Below are positions 1-13,519 of a stretch of DNA of 64,000 nt, piece by piece; within the stretch, counting starts at the first letter, position 1; the number at the start of each line of letters is the position of its first letter. The notes under the pieces are model-generated. The model did no database searches and had not been told where the DNA came from. It was given only the letters and a program-made list of their open reading frames with translations. Position numbers and translations under genes: made by a program. The stretch is from NCBI RefSeq assembly GCF_030028105.1, contig NC_092394.1, forward strand, positions 39,786,752 through 39,850,751, in the 5' to 3' direction. The DNA comes from Mobula birostris. Taxonomy: Eukaryota.

Positions 1-340
1 AGCAGGTTACCAGACAATGGAGATTTCAATTTTCATGCCATTGAGTTGCAGAATATCAGGTGTTTTTTCCTCTTTCTATTGAGTCTCATCCTTGCAGCAG
101 AGGATGCTGAAGACAGCTGATGTAGGAATGTGGAAGGGAATTAAGATGATCAGAAAGCAGAAGCATCAGAAAGCCATGGTGAATGGAGGACATGTGCTCA
201 ATAAAGGGGTTGCCTCCTTTGCGTTTGGTCTCACTGATATAGAAAAGGCCACATCGGGAGTAGTGAATGCAAAAACAATGTTGGAGGAGATGCACGTGAT
301 TCTCTGTCCCATCTGGAAAGACTATAGAGTACCAAACAAT
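1..340 (-). mobile_element. Penelope-like element relic, GIY-YIG endonuclease region
   Basis: Minus ORF 86-361 contains CIHYSRCGLFYISETKR, a degenerate YCIxCxxCGLLYIGETKR GIY-YIG motif. Bases 1-60 resemble the LQPxGMNIEFS C-terminal tail. Confidence 0.7.
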
Positions 341-1008
341 TCTTTGAAGCAAGAACTTCAAACCTGAATGTCTAAATATCCATATTTAGAAATGGACAGC
401 ATTGGTTTAAAGTGAAGACTAAGGAGGTTAGAGGGATCGTGAGGACATCCCACCCTCCACCTCACCACCACATTAAAGGGCGTTTACAATCTGTAACACG
501 TTGCCTGCCTGAGAAAATAATAAAGCCCGATACTCTTCTTCTTCTTCTTCTGCTGAGGTTTAATGGAGGTTGGCAATTAGCTTCAAGGTGTTTTACCACC
601 ACCTTCTGAACTGGAATATGGCTCAAGATAGCCGAATCCTATATAGAAGTCAGATATTCTTTCTCAACATTTACATAGTATTTCAATGAGCACAAATTTC
701 TGAGAACTGTCACAGCAATTGACTTGTAAACAAACCTGGCATTCACTAGGAAACCAGTAGTGGCCAGAATTTTACAGTCCACGATGAACTGTCTGTCTGT
801 CTGTGGTGCTAATCTCCCAAGGTCATATTTACATTTTTGAGTATTGCAGAGGGAATATCCTGAATGGCTGGGGCCTCGGTATGTAAATCCCCTATGTGTT
901 GGGTAGGGGATACTGTGATATGATGTATCCTACCATGTGAAACAACGTGGTCAACTTTGATCTCCCTCAGCTGTTGAAATCTCTGGAGATGTACTCTCAT
1001 AATTTCAG

Positions 1009-1136
1009 AGCTGCTCTGTCTCAGGTTGTCACAGCAGATTGACCACCATTGATAATGATAAATTGCTGCAAGTTTGCACTTTGCTGCAGGACTCCATAAA
1101 GCATGCAAATTTGAAATGCAACCTAGAAAATGGAAG
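1009..1136 (+). CDS. Candidate internal exon of an unidentified gene (SCSVSGCHSRLTTIDNDKLLQVCTLLQDSIKHANLKCNLENG)
   Basis: Acceptor tttcag (1008) or gtctcag (1024), open frame, donor AG|gtaaca in phase 2, unique non-repeat sequence. Phase-compatible with 9562-9643. No homologue recognised. Confidence 0.3.
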
Positions 1137-1389
1137 GTAACAAACACCAGCAAATTTACAAAAAACATCACATACATGTTTGCAGAAATCCCAAACTTAC
1201 ACAATACCCTTGCAAAGTCTAGTCCAATGTAAAAGATTTGTAAGGTTCTGAATTTGTGAAGAGAACTTTTTACATCAGTACGTAGCAAGCCTAACAAGTG
1301 AGGTCTTGAATTTTAGAGACTGAAACTGAGCATGTGGAAGTAGAGTCAATTAGGGAGTACTGGGTACTGTTGGAGCCTGTGATCTATAT

Positions 1390-2140
1390 TTTGGTGGTGT
1401 GCTTTCGGGCCGATCGAGCGATATGGCGCTTTTCTGTCTCTGAGGTTCTGTAAGGTTTTAAGCGATGTGTGCGGCCTGGAGACAGGGTGCGAGCCCATGA
1501 TGGACCCCATTTCTCATCAATCTCACTGATTAAGGCATCAAGGAAGTTACAGAAATCATTGAGGCAAGTGAGTGTTCGGCGCTGCCTACCAGGCCCTGGC
1601 GCGCTGCTGCCGAAGGAAGGTGTCCGTGTGTGACGGTTTCTCTCTCCTTCTCGTTTGCTGCTCCGAGAGGAAGGTCCCTGCTTCTGAATGGTCCTTTTCT
1701 CCCTCTCATGCAATGCTGCCAAGTTCTGGGTCTTGGGCAAGGTTAAATCAACCTGGTTTGTGGATTGGACTCTGTAGTTCATGTTATGATGTGTTTCTGG
1801 TCATTTTTTTTTTGTTGCTATTTTGTATGATTTTGATCAGGGCAGACTGACTCTGTGGCCTAAAGTTACCGAACAACACAGAGTTAGTTTGAACTGAACT
1901 AAGCTGAACTGAATATGCCTGGACTGTTTGATGATTTGTGGTTTGGTGTTTATATTGTGTTTCTTGCTCATTTTTTTTGCCATTTGTTCAATTTGTTCCT
2001 TTTTTGCATGCTGGGGGTTTGATTTTCTTCTTTGAATGGGTTCCATAGTTTTATTTCTTTGTTTTGTGGCTGTCTGTGAGAAGACAAATTGCAGTGTTGT
2101 ATACTACATAATCTTTAGATAATAAATGAACTTTGAATCA
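1390..2140 (+). repeat. Interspersed non-coding repeat ending in a LINE-type 3' tail
   Basis: CpG-rich head, T-rich body, and tail gagaagacaaat...gttgtatac...ataataaatgaactttgaa similar to the tails at ~9330-9380 and (reverse) ~48430-48490. Confidence 0.55.
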
Positions 2141-4028
2141 TGGAGTTAATGATCATTCATACAGTAGTTAAGAGAAAGCATAAAGTTACAGCAATAATAA
2201 ATGTAATAAATTGGAAGTGTCTGACTTTATTTGATTGAAGTATGATTTTATATTAATTCATTGGTCAGAGCAGTGAAAGATATTCAAGACAAAGACAGTG
2301 AGCATTTAGGGATATCTAAACCTAGATACTCTGGATATTGAGAAACTTATAGGATGTGAGAAGTCAAAACCAGAAGCTTATGTTAGATACCAAGGGCTCA
2401 GCCATTTGAAAATCCTTGAGAAATATCGAAAGGGGTAAAACTGAATGAGGAATAAATATTATCAATGGCATCAGGGATAACCATACTCCACTTCAGAATA
2501 GTGACATGGAATCCCTTATGTTCCCTAGAGACATCCTCAGTTTAAATTTCATTTTAAAGAAAAGACTTCTGCCTAAGGCAGCACTTTCTCTAGAATGGCA
2601 CTGGATTTTTAACTTATGTTTCTGGACTTGTATCTGAAGTGGCTTTTCATCCCACAGCAAAGATTCAGAAGGTTATGTAAGTACATTTCTAAGTGAATCA
2701 CACTGAACCACACAGGGATATAGAGGAAGTGTGAAACAGTGTACCCAGTTCACAGCAGAAAAAGTAAATCTCATGGTATTGAATGTCAGCAGTGTACTCA
2801 GCCACTGTTAGCAATAACTTATTTACATGATGCCTTTAGCAATAAGTGGCAAGAGCGTTATCAAACAAAAGAACATCATTATAACCAGAAGAAAAAAAAG
2901 CAGATTAAAGAGTTTAGCTTTGAGGAACACCCTGGAGGAAGAAACAGAAAACAGGAATTAGTGAGGGAATTCCTGAACCTGTGGCTAGGTATTTTATGAC
3001 GTGCCCACAAGGATGCACAAAAAGTCCACACCTGGAAACTGCTTCGGGCTTGCTTGAAGAAAACTCTACCTAATTATTGTCAACATATCACCTGTAGCAC
3101 CAGAGATCCCAACACACTCGACTATTGTTACACTACGATTAGGAATGCCTACCGTTCCGTGCCTAGACAGCATTTCTGGAAATCTGATCACTAAGCTGTC
3201 CTCCTCTTATATGCATACAGGCAAGAGTCTGAATAGCAAGGCTCCAGAGATAACAACAACAAAGAGGTGGTCGCGAGAGGCAGAGGACTGGCAATAGCAT
3301 TGCTTTGAGTTAGTAGTCTGGGCCATATTCAAGGACTCATCAGAGGATCTGAATGAATACACCATGGTTGTCACAGACTTAAACAGTCATAGACAAGTGT
3401 GTCCCCATGACATAATTCAGAGTCTTCCCAAACCAGAAGTCCTGGATGAACCATGAGATCCACAGTCTGCTGAGGGCCAGATCAGTGGTTTTCAAGTCTG
3501 GCAATGAAGTTAACTATCCGAGATCCAGGTACGATCTTCAGAAAGCCATCAAAAGTGTGAAGTGACAAGTCTGGACTAAACTTGAATCACTAAGGGATGA
3601 ACAACAGCTGTGGCAGGGCTTAAATGCTATCACCTCCCACAAAGTGAAACCAGGCAACATAGGTGACAATAAGGCTTGGTTCCTAGATGAGCTCAATGCC
3701 TTTTATGCTCGCTTTGACCATCAAAACATCAAGGCACCTTCATGACTCCCACAGCCCCTGACGACCCTGTGATTTCAGTCTGAGGCTGACATGAGTGCAT
3801 CCATCAGTAGGGTGAACCCATGGAAAGCATCCAGCCTGGACAGGGTACCTGGCCGAGCACTAAAGAACTGGGCTGATCAGCTGGCTGGAGTGTTCACCAA
3901 TATCTTTAACCTCTTGCTTTGGCAGTCTGAGGTACCCACCTGTTTCAAGCAGGCTTCAATTACACCGGTGCCTAAGAACAACATGGTAATCTGCCTCAGT
4001 GACTATCATCCAGTACCACTTAAATCCA

Positions 4029-7000
4029 TAAGACAAAGGAGCAGAAGTCGGCCATTTGGCCCATTGAGTCTGCTCCACCATTTTATCATGAGCTGATCCA
4101 TTCTCCTATTTAGTCCCACTCTCCCGCCTTCTCACCATAACCTTTGATGCCCTGGCTACTCAGATACCTACCAATCTCTGCCTTAAATACACCCAATGAC
4201 TTGGCCTCCACTGCTGCCTGTGGCAACAAATTCCATAGATTCACCACCCTCTGACTAAAAAAATTTCTTCGCATTTCTGTTCTGAATGGGCGCCCTTCAA
4301 TCCTTAAGTCATGCCCTCTCATACTAGACTCCCCCATCATGGAAAACAACTTTGCCACATCCACTCTGTCCATGCCTTTCAACATTCAAAATGTTTCTAT
4401 GAGGTCTCCCCTCATTCTTCTAAACTCCAAGGAATACAGTCCAAGAGCGGACAAACGTTCCTCATATGTTAAACCTCTCATTCCCGGAATCATTCAAGTG
4501 AACCTTCTCTGTACCCTCTCCAACGTCAGCACATCCTTTCCTAAATAAGGAGACCAAAACTGCCCACAGTACTCCAAGTGAGGTCTCACTAGCGCCTTAT
4601 AGAGCTTCAACATCACGTCCCTGCTCCTATACTCTATTCCTCTAGAAATGAATGCCAACATTGCATTCACCTTCTTCACTACCGACTCAACCTGGAGGTT
4701 AACTTTAAGGGAATCCTGTATGAGGACTCCCAAGTCCCATTGCATCTCAGAACATAGAATTCTTTCCTCATTTAAATAATAGTCTGCCCGTTTATTTCTT
4801 CTGCCAAAGTGCATAACCATACACTTTCCAACATTGTATTTCATTTGCCACTTCTTTGCTCATTCTTCCAATCTTTCCAAGTCTCTCTGCAGACTCTCTG
4901 TTTCCTCAGCACTACCGGCCCCTCCACCTATCTTCGTATCATCAGCAAACTTAGCCACAAAGCCATCTATTCCATAATCCAAATCATTGATGTACAATGT
5001 AAAAAGAAGCGGCCCCAACACTGACCCCTGTGGAACACCACTGGTAACCAGCAGCCAACCAGAACAGGATCCCTTTATTCCCACTCTCTGTTTCCTGCCA
5101 ATCAGCCAATGCTCTATCCATGTATGTAACTTTCCTGTAATTCCATGGGCTCTTATCTTGTTAAGTAGCCTCACATGTGGCACCTTGTCAATGGCCTTCT
5201 GAAAATCCAAATATACAACATCCACTGCATCTCCCTTGTCAAGCCTACTGGTAATTTCCTCAAAGAATTGTAATAGGTTTGTCAGGCAGGATTTTTCTTT
5301 AAGGAATCCATGCTGAGTTCTGCCTATCTTGTCATATGCCTCCAGGTACTCTGTAACCTCATCTTTGACAATCGACTCCAACAACTTCCCAACCACCGAT
5401 GTCAAGCTAACAGGTCTATAATTTCCTTTTTGCTTCCTTGCCCCCTTCTTAAATAGCGGAGTGACATTTGCAATCTTCCAGTCCTCCCCCTCCGGAACCA
5501 TGCCAGAATCTATCGACTTTTGAAAGATCATCGCTAATGCCTCCGCAATCTCCACAGCTACTTTCTTCAGAACACAAGGGTGCATTCCATCTGGTCCAGG
5601 AGATTTATCTACCTTACACTATTCAGCTTCCTGCGTACTTTCTCTGTCGTAATTGTGACTGCGCACACTTCTCTTCCCTGCCACCCTTGAGTGTCTGGTA
5701 TACTGCTGTCTTCCTCAGTGAAGACTGATGCAGAATACTTGTTCAGTTCCTCCGCCATCTCCTTATCTCCCATTACAATTTCTCCAGTATCATTTTCTAT
5801 CGCTCCTATATCTACTCTCACCTTTTACTCTTTATATACTTGAAAAAGCTTTAAGTATCCTCTTTGATATTATTTGCTAGCTTCCTTTCATAATTAATCT
5901 TTTCCCTCTTAATGACCTTCTTAGTTTCCTTTTGTAAGCTTTTAAAAACTTCCCAATCCTCTGTCTTCCCACTAATTTTTGCTTCCTTGTATGCCCTCTC
6001 CTTTGCTTTAACTTTGGCTTTGACTTCTCTTGTCAACCTCGCTGCATCATTTTTCCATTCAAAAATTTCTTCTTTTTTGGAATATACCTGTCTTGCACCT
6101 TCCTCACTTCTCGCATAAACTCCAGCCACTGCTGCTCTGCCGTCTTTCCCGCCAGTAACCCTTTCCAGTCAACTTTGGCCAGTTCCTCTCTCATGCCACT
6201 GTAATTTCCTTTACTCCACTGAAATACTGACACATCAGATTTCAGCTTCTCTTTTTCAAATTTCACAGTGAACTCAATCATGTTATGATCACTGCCTCCT
6301 AAGGGTTCCTTCACCTCAATCTCTCTAATCACCTCCAGTTCATTACACAATACCCAATCCAGTACAGCCGATCCCCTAGTGGGCTCAACAACAAGCTGTT
6401 CTAAAAAGCCATCTCACAGACATTCTACAAATTCTCTCGAGATCCAGAGCCGACCTGATTTTCCCAATCTACTCCCATGTTAAAATCCCCCACAATTATC
6501 ATAACACTGCCCTTCCGACAAACCTTTTCTATTTCCTGTTGTAATTTGTAGTCCACATCACTGCAGCTGTTTGGAGGCCTATAAATAACTGCCATCAGGG
6601 TCCTTTTACCCCTGCGATTTATTAGCTCAACCCATAAAGATTCTGCACCTTCCGATCCTATATCACCTCTTTCTAATGATTTAATATCATTTCTTACCAA
6701 TAAAGCCACGCCTCCCCCTCTGCCTACCCTCCTATCCTTCCGATACACCGTGTATCCTTGGACGTTCAGCTCCCAGAGACATGCATCCTTTAGCTACGTC
6801 TCAGTGATGGCCACAATATCATACCTGCCAATCTGTAGCTGTACGACAAGATCATCCACCTTATTCCTTATGCTGCGTGCATTTAAGTATAACCCCTTAA
6901 GACCAGTATTTGGTACTTCTCGCTTTGATTTCACTGCAACTTTATTGCACTGCAACTCATCCCAATGGCTACAAATTTGCCCCATCACTTGTCTGTCTTT

Positions 7001-7452
7001 TCTGACATCTTTACTGCTCACCATCTTTACTGCTCACATTTATTTCTGTTTTCCCCTTCCTCCGCTCTATCATTCCGGTTCCCATCCCCCTGCCAAATTA
7101 GTTTAAACCCTCCTTAACAGCTCTATTAAGCTTTCCCGCCAGGATATTGGTCCCCTTCGGGTTCAGGTGTAACCTGTCCATTTTGAACAGGTCATACTTC
7201 CCCCAGAAGAGATCCCAATTATCCAAAAATCTGAAGCCCTGCCCCCTGCACCAGTCTCTCAGCCACACATTCATCTGCCAGATCCTACTATTCTTGCCCT
7301 CGCTAGCACGTGGCACAGGTAGCAATCCTGAGATTACTACCCTGGAGGTCCTACTTCTCAGCTTCCTTCCTAACTCCCAGAAATCTCTCTTCAGGACCTC
7401 CTCCCTTGTCCTATCAATGTCATTGGTACCAACATGTACCAAAACAACTGGC
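4029..7452 (-). mobile_element. CR1-clade LINE, ~3.4 kb, 5'-truncated in ORF1; esterase ORF1 C-terminus plus frameshifted APE-RT ORF2
   Basis: ORF1 VHVGTND...VVISGLLPVP...DRLHLN (SGNH-type); ORF2 YLNARSIRNK, IYRPP, GDFN, NYRPVSLTS, YLDFQKA, GVPQGSVLGP, FADD, RPHLEYC; 7-bp TSD AAATCCA at 4022-4028 and 7453-7459. Confidence 0.93.
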
Positions 7453-7690
7453 AAATCCACTGTGATGAAGTGCTTTGAGAGGTTAGTGATGGAATATATC
7501 AACTCCTGCCTGAGAAGAGACATGGATCCACTCATTTTGCCCACTGTCACAATGGGTTAACAGCAGATGCTATCTCGTTGGCTCTTTGTTCAATCCTGGA
7601 ACATTGGACAGTGAAGATGCATACATCAGGATGTCTTTCATTGACTACAGTACAGTATTCAATACTTTCATCCCCTCAAATCTTATCAAT

Positions 7691-8270
7691 AGTCATAATC
7701 ATAGTCATACTTTATTGATCCCGGGGGAAAATTGGTTTTCGTTACAGTTGCACCATAAACAATTAAATAGTAATAAAACCATAAATAGTTAAATAGTAAT
7801 ACATAAATTATGCCAGGAAATAAGTCCAGGACCAGCCTATTGGCTCAGGGTGTCTGAACCTACAAGGGAGGAGTTGTAAAGTTTGATGGCCACAGGCAGG
7901 AATGACTTCCTATGATGCTCTGTGTTGCATCTCGGTGGATTGAGTCTCTAGCTGAATGTACTCCTGTGCCCAACCAGTACATTTTTGTCCAAGATGGCAT
8001 GCAACTTGGACAGCATCCCCTTTTCAGACACCACCGTCAGAGTCCAGTTCCATCCCCACAACATCACTGGCCTTACGAATGAGTTTGTTGATTCTGTTGG
8101 TGTCTGCTACCCTCAGCCTGCTGCCCCAGCACACAACAGCAAACATGATCGCACTGGCCACCTCAGACTCATAGAACATCCTCAGTATCATCCGGCAGAC
8201 GTTAAAGGACCTCAGTGTCCTCAGGAAATAGAGACTGCTCTGACCCTTCTTGTAGACAGCCCCAGCTGTC
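7691..8270 (-). mobile_element. 3' fragment of a second Rex1/Babar LINE inserted in the first
   Basis: Peptide KKGQSSLYFLRTLRSFNVCRMILRMFYESEVASAIMFAVVCWG; short tandem (ATGACT)-like tail at 7691-7710. Confidence 0.8.
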
Positions 8271-9561
8271 ATAAGCTTCAACCCCGGCTCTATACCTCTT
8301 GGTGCAATTAATTCCTCAATTTACTCTCCTGCAGACCCTAGTCAGCTCAAACTGGCAACAACGTATCCGCCACAATCTTCCTCAGCACAGGCGCACCACA
8401 AGGCTATATACTTAAGCCTCCTGACTGGGAGGCTTAGCACAGCTCCAACACCATATTCAAGTTTGTTGACATCACCACCATCATAGGCAGAATCAAAGGT
8501 GGTGATGAATCTGTATATGGGAGGGATATTGAAAGCCTGGCTGAGTGGTGCTACCCTCTCACTCAATGTCAGCGAGACCAAGGCCATGATTACTGACTTC
8601 AGGAGATGGAAACTGGAGGTCCATGAGCCAGTCCTCATCAGGGGATCAGAGGTGGAGAGAGTCAATAACTTTAAATTATTTGGTGTTATCATTTCAAAGG
8701 ATCTGTCCTGGATCCAAAAGTTACTTTATCAAAAAAGTATGGCAGCACCTCTACTTTCTTATAAGTTTGCAAAGATTCAGCATGTCATCTAAAACTTTGA
8801 TAAAATTCTGTCGATGTGTGGTGGAGAGTATATTGACTGGTTGCATCAAAACCTGGTATGGAAACACCAATGCCCTTGAACTGAAAGTCCAACAAAAATA
8901 CAGCCCAGTGCATCATGGGTAAAGCCCTTCCACCATTGAGAACATGTATACGGAGCATTGTCGTAACAAAGTAGCATCCATCACTAAAGACCCCCACCAC
9001 CCAGGCTATGCACTCTTCTCACTGCTGCCATCAGGAAGGTGGTACAGGAGCCTCAGAACTCACACCTCCAGGAACCTCTCAACCATTAGGCTCCTGAACC
9101 AGAGGGCATAAACTCACTCATCTTCACTTTCCCCACCACTGAACTGTTCTGACAATGTATGAACTCACTTTCAATGACCCTTCACCTCATGTTCTCCATA
9201 GTTATTGCTTATTTATTATTTTTTGTATTTGCAGAGTTTTTTTTTTGCACATTGGTTGTTGCCTGCTCTGTTGAGTGTAGTCTTTCATTGACACTACTGT
9301 TTCTTGTATTTACTGTGATGATCCGTAATCTCAGGGCTGTAAAGGTGACATCTGTGTACTTTGATAATAAATTAGCTTTGAAGAGAACTTGGAGCATTGT
9401 ATGACCAAGCATAAAAAAGTTGAAAACCAATGATAATTTGTAACAAATCATTAAAAATTTTAAAAGTGAGCTGTCTTTACAACTGGACCTCAATTTGTGG
9501 GGGGGGGGGGCGGGAGGGGAGGAGGGAAGATGTTACTTGACACCTGTTAACCTGTTGACAG

Positions 9562-9643
9562 ATGTTACCTGTTGGAGATGAACAGGTTTATGCGACATAA
9601 GACATTGTGTTCCTACAGTACGATCAACATCATAGTGGCATAA
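9562..9643 (+). CDS. Candidate terminal coding exon of an unidentified gene ((R)CYLLEMNRFMRHKTLCSYSTINIIVA*)
   Basis: ttgacag| acceptor (weak pyrimidine tract), longest frame is phase 2 matching the 1136 donor, TAA 9641-9643, AATAAA at 9754-9759. Confidence 0.3.
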
Positions 9644-12600
9644 CCCAGTAATATCACCAAATGCATGGCACCAATTTTCAGCAATACCACGTATAGTACC
9701 TTATACCCTAAAGACTCCTACCAGATAATTCAGAACTATCAGCATGTTAAAAAAATAAAATTTATTTTATATTTTCATATCTTCAAGTACTCCCATCAGC
9801 AATGTAAGGATGCATATAAATAGAAAGTCATAGTAGAGGCTTCCACACTCACTCAAGGCATATTCTTGCATAGGAATTTGAATCAAATTGCATAACATCT
9901 TAGATAATTTAGTATAAATATATACTGTTGTGTAATGTATAGATTAGTGTAATTGTATTAATAATATTCTAAAGCACAGAACACTGTTCCACAACGTAAC
10001 GGCTGCACATTTGTAGCTCCACTTACTCAGGTGATGGAACACATTCTAATTTGTCAGTAAAAGTCAAGAAACTATTTTCTAAAGAATATAACGCAGCAAT
10101 TAATTCATGTAGTGTCTGTCATAACTAATTATGTTTGGTCATAAAGTTTCTATTAACTATTGCTCACGAGAGAAAGCTGCAACTATTGCATGTAATAGAC
10201 CTTTTGTTCAATGCTGCTTTCAGAAACACCAGCTTAACTTTGGTGGGGAGTAAGTGGTGCTAGCAAATTCCACATGGAGTTTGAGGATTAATAATAACAA
10301 CAATTTCAAAAATGTTCTTTGTAGGAAAAATTGCTAGCCACGTCCCAGAAGCATGCTCTCCACCTTCAACTTTACATTGTAATGCAAATTAACTATACCC
10401 CAGGGGAAGAGTATAATTTCTTTTATATCAATATCTGAACTTTAAGCTGGATAGATGAAAACATACAGTTGAAGATTGCATGTAAGAGATGAATCCATAT
10501 TTCCATTAATCTGGTAAAATTTTATTTTGCTGACACAATGAATCATAATTCTGATTTGGGATTTATCCATTAATCAGGTAACAGCCTCAGAAAAATAAAA
10601 TTTTCTGGCAAGCGGACCTCCAAAGTACAAGTATACAACTTGCTCTTCACCAAGGCAACTTTACATAGCAAAACCTCCCAGGGTACTTCATGGCAATCTT
10701 GTTATATAAAATGACATTGAATCATGAAGAAACATTAAAACAGATGACCAAAAGAAAGATCACACAGGTAAAATTTGAGTGTGTTGAAAGTGCATACGTT
10801 CAGGAATAAACTTTAAGTAGTGAATTCTAGGCTCTATAGTTGGTAGCTGAAGGTGCACTCATCAACTGTGGATTAATTAAATTCAAGAGTGATGAAGGGC
10901 TAGAGTTGGAGCACTGCAAAAAGTACAGAAAATTACAATGGCAAGGAAGGATTAGCAAAAGAGATGCCTGAGAATAAGAATGAAATTGTTAATTTATTGG
11001 GACCAATGACGACCAGCAAGCACAAAGGTGATGAATGAAAAAGGAGGTTGAGACCTTAGAGTTGAGAAGCAGAATTTTGGATGACTTCAGATTTACAGAG
11101 AATTAAGGTTTATGTGTATATGCAGTAACAACTACCTTATTCTTACATGGCAAATTATCTGGAAACCACATCCTTGACAGGAAAGAATAGCTGGATGGAT
11201 CATCGTAGAATGTAGATCCTGTGGGTAGACTAGTGTTAGGGATGAAACAACCTAAGAATCTAGAAACATTGGTAGGACCCAAAGATAAAATTTTTGCCAG
11301 AACCTATTGTTGGTTTTAGCATTTTTCTGACCAAAACAAAATCCTGTACCCTGTAGGATCTTCCTCATTTCTGTTTCATCCATCGCTACCACTCCAAAGT
11401 TTCCTTGTCATAGCCAATCTGACCCTGCACTCTACAGCAAATAGTTAAGCATTGCTTTTTTTAAAACCATCCAATGGGTTTTCCTCTTCTCCCAAATGCA
11501 TTAATTCTAACTAGAGTGGATTTCATCTGTACTTGAAGTCATTTAGGTGTTCTACACTAGAACTCAGGTAATGAATTTGAGAGGATTTTAAGCTGAAAAG
11601 TGACAATCTTCATGCATAAATCCACTTTTTGTCCTTCTAACTTTAAATATATATTTTAAACTTAACACAGAACCACTAATGTAGTAAAGCATTCTGTGAC
11701 AGTTAACAAAAGGATTACCCAATAAAAGTATGCTATCTAGTCATAGAAAGATCCATGCTAATACAAAAGTCATGGTCAGTGATGCACTCTGTGGTGCATT
11801 TTAAAGAAAAAGAGATGGGGAATTTTGGTGAGTTTGTTAGTGGTCTGACTAGCTGTAGCTACGGCCTTCAGTGGTTGTGTGATTAAAATTATAAATGAGA
11901 AAATGGACAGAGTTGGAGTACAGGTACTGCAAATATCTACTGCAGTAGATAGATATTTCAGGGCTAGGAAAGATTACAAAGATAAGCAATAGAAAGTGTA
12001 GAGGTTTGGAACAAGCCTGTGAGGACGCATCAGTCTTCACTCAGATTTCTGTGTGCTGAATCTTGTATCTAATGATTGTTTTATGGTCACTGTTCGCAAG
12101 ATGTTGGAATGTTGCACTTTATATATGGAGAATCGAGAAACAAAAGTGAGCAAATTATGTTTTGCTCAACAGAGCTTCTCTAGAGTGCTGCATTCAGCTT
12201 TGGACAACAGTAATTAAAAGTAATGAAAACTGTGCAAGGGATAAACCATAAATTCAATTATCATGTCAATTCTTTCATTAAAAGTGGGAGGATAATATGA
12301 AGAATTTCAAGTAACAAAAAAAATTTACAAGCTAGATATAAACTATTTCAGAAAAGAGTATACAACTTTAAAAAAATAAAGCTTAGCCATTTAGGAAAAT
12401 TAAGGAAGTACTTGAAATGGATAACTCCTTTTCCCAATAAAATTGGACCTGTTAAGACAACTGAAAATCTCAAGACTGAGGCTGATCATTTATGTTGTCA
12501 AGGATAGAAGTAATGTACAAAAAAAATGCAGGCAAAATAGATCTCGGGCAGACGACGTGTGACTTAATATTTAATTTATATGCTAAATGGCCTCTGAAGG

Positions 12601-13519
12601 TTCAGTCACTGCATCACAATCAATAATTATTGTTACGTACATGTCAAAATTTTCTACCTTCCTAATGCAGCATATCCTAACACTGAAGTTTCAAATATAC
12701 AGTAACTGCATCAGGAAAAATGCAAAAATATACTTGGAACCTCACAGTTAATGTTTCATTGACAAATCACACCTATGATATAGTGAAAGGTCCCAAGGAG
12801 GTCAAATAAAATTAAGCATCAAATCACACTTCAGGCAAGCAAATAAAATCTCGGTGAGGTAGCTTTTGAAGATCAACAGATTTGGGAGGGAATTTCAGAC
12901 CTTAGAGCCCAGTGAATTGACGGTATGGGCATCTAACTGAGAATGCATATGGGTAAATAAGGGAGACTGCAGACACTTCAGGGTATTAAGGCTGGAATAG
13001 ATGGAAGTTTTGGGGAAGTGTAAGACTCTGAAGATTTCTTCATGATTTCAAGAAACCAATTGCCAAACTAGAAGCCAATGTCAGCTAGTGCAGGGATTGT
13101 AGGTGATTTGGAGCATTAGGATTTCAGACATTCTGTAAGGGGAGAAAGTTAACTGAAACTGCAACCACATTGCATTTGTAATGGGGCTAAAATCCAGAAT
13201 CAGGATCCTAACTGGCTCCTGAGAGAAATGAATAAATAGTTCTAAATAAACGATCTTATTGCAAATTTCCATGAAAAGAACAAATTGCTTTGCACTGTTC
13301 TTTTAGATGTAGTGTAAAATACACCCTAAGCCTGATCTTTTTAAGCAATAAACTGGATGATACAAAATAAATGTTGTTTTAAGTCTTTTTGGAATCCATT
13401 GTTAGGTATGTCTGCATTGTAGTGACACCTATTTTAAAACTGCATCTAAATGAAACAAACACACAAAAACCTATATTAAAAGAAACAAGGTAGAAATGTT
13501 TATAAATTATCACAAAGAC

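Larger units (their letters stand above)
3000..9385 (+). mobile_element. Rex1/Babar-type LINE, degraded, split by two insertions (pieces ~3000-4028, 7453-7690, 8271-9385)
   Basis: RT-region peptides ADQLAGVFTNIFNL...PTCFKQASITPVPK...DYHPV, MKCFERLVM, FIDYS, LNVSETKAMITDFR, CVVESILTGCI; the sequence rejoins across the inserts. Confidence 0.85.

Noticed and set aside
809-1297. 162-aa minus-strand ORF
   Set aside because: Non-ATG start and no recognisable domain; kept only as the alternative reading (exon 934-1122) of the candidate exon finding
7098-7550. 150-aa ORF that looks like a GDSL/SGNH hydrolase gene
   Set aside because: It is the CR1 ORF1 C-terminus fused by chance to antisense Rex sequence across the insertion junction
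9853-10078. Two small minus-strand AG...GT(A/G)AGT exon-like segments (10027-10078, 9853-9898)
   Set aside because: Joining them in the only open phase gives an immediate stop; no homology recognised
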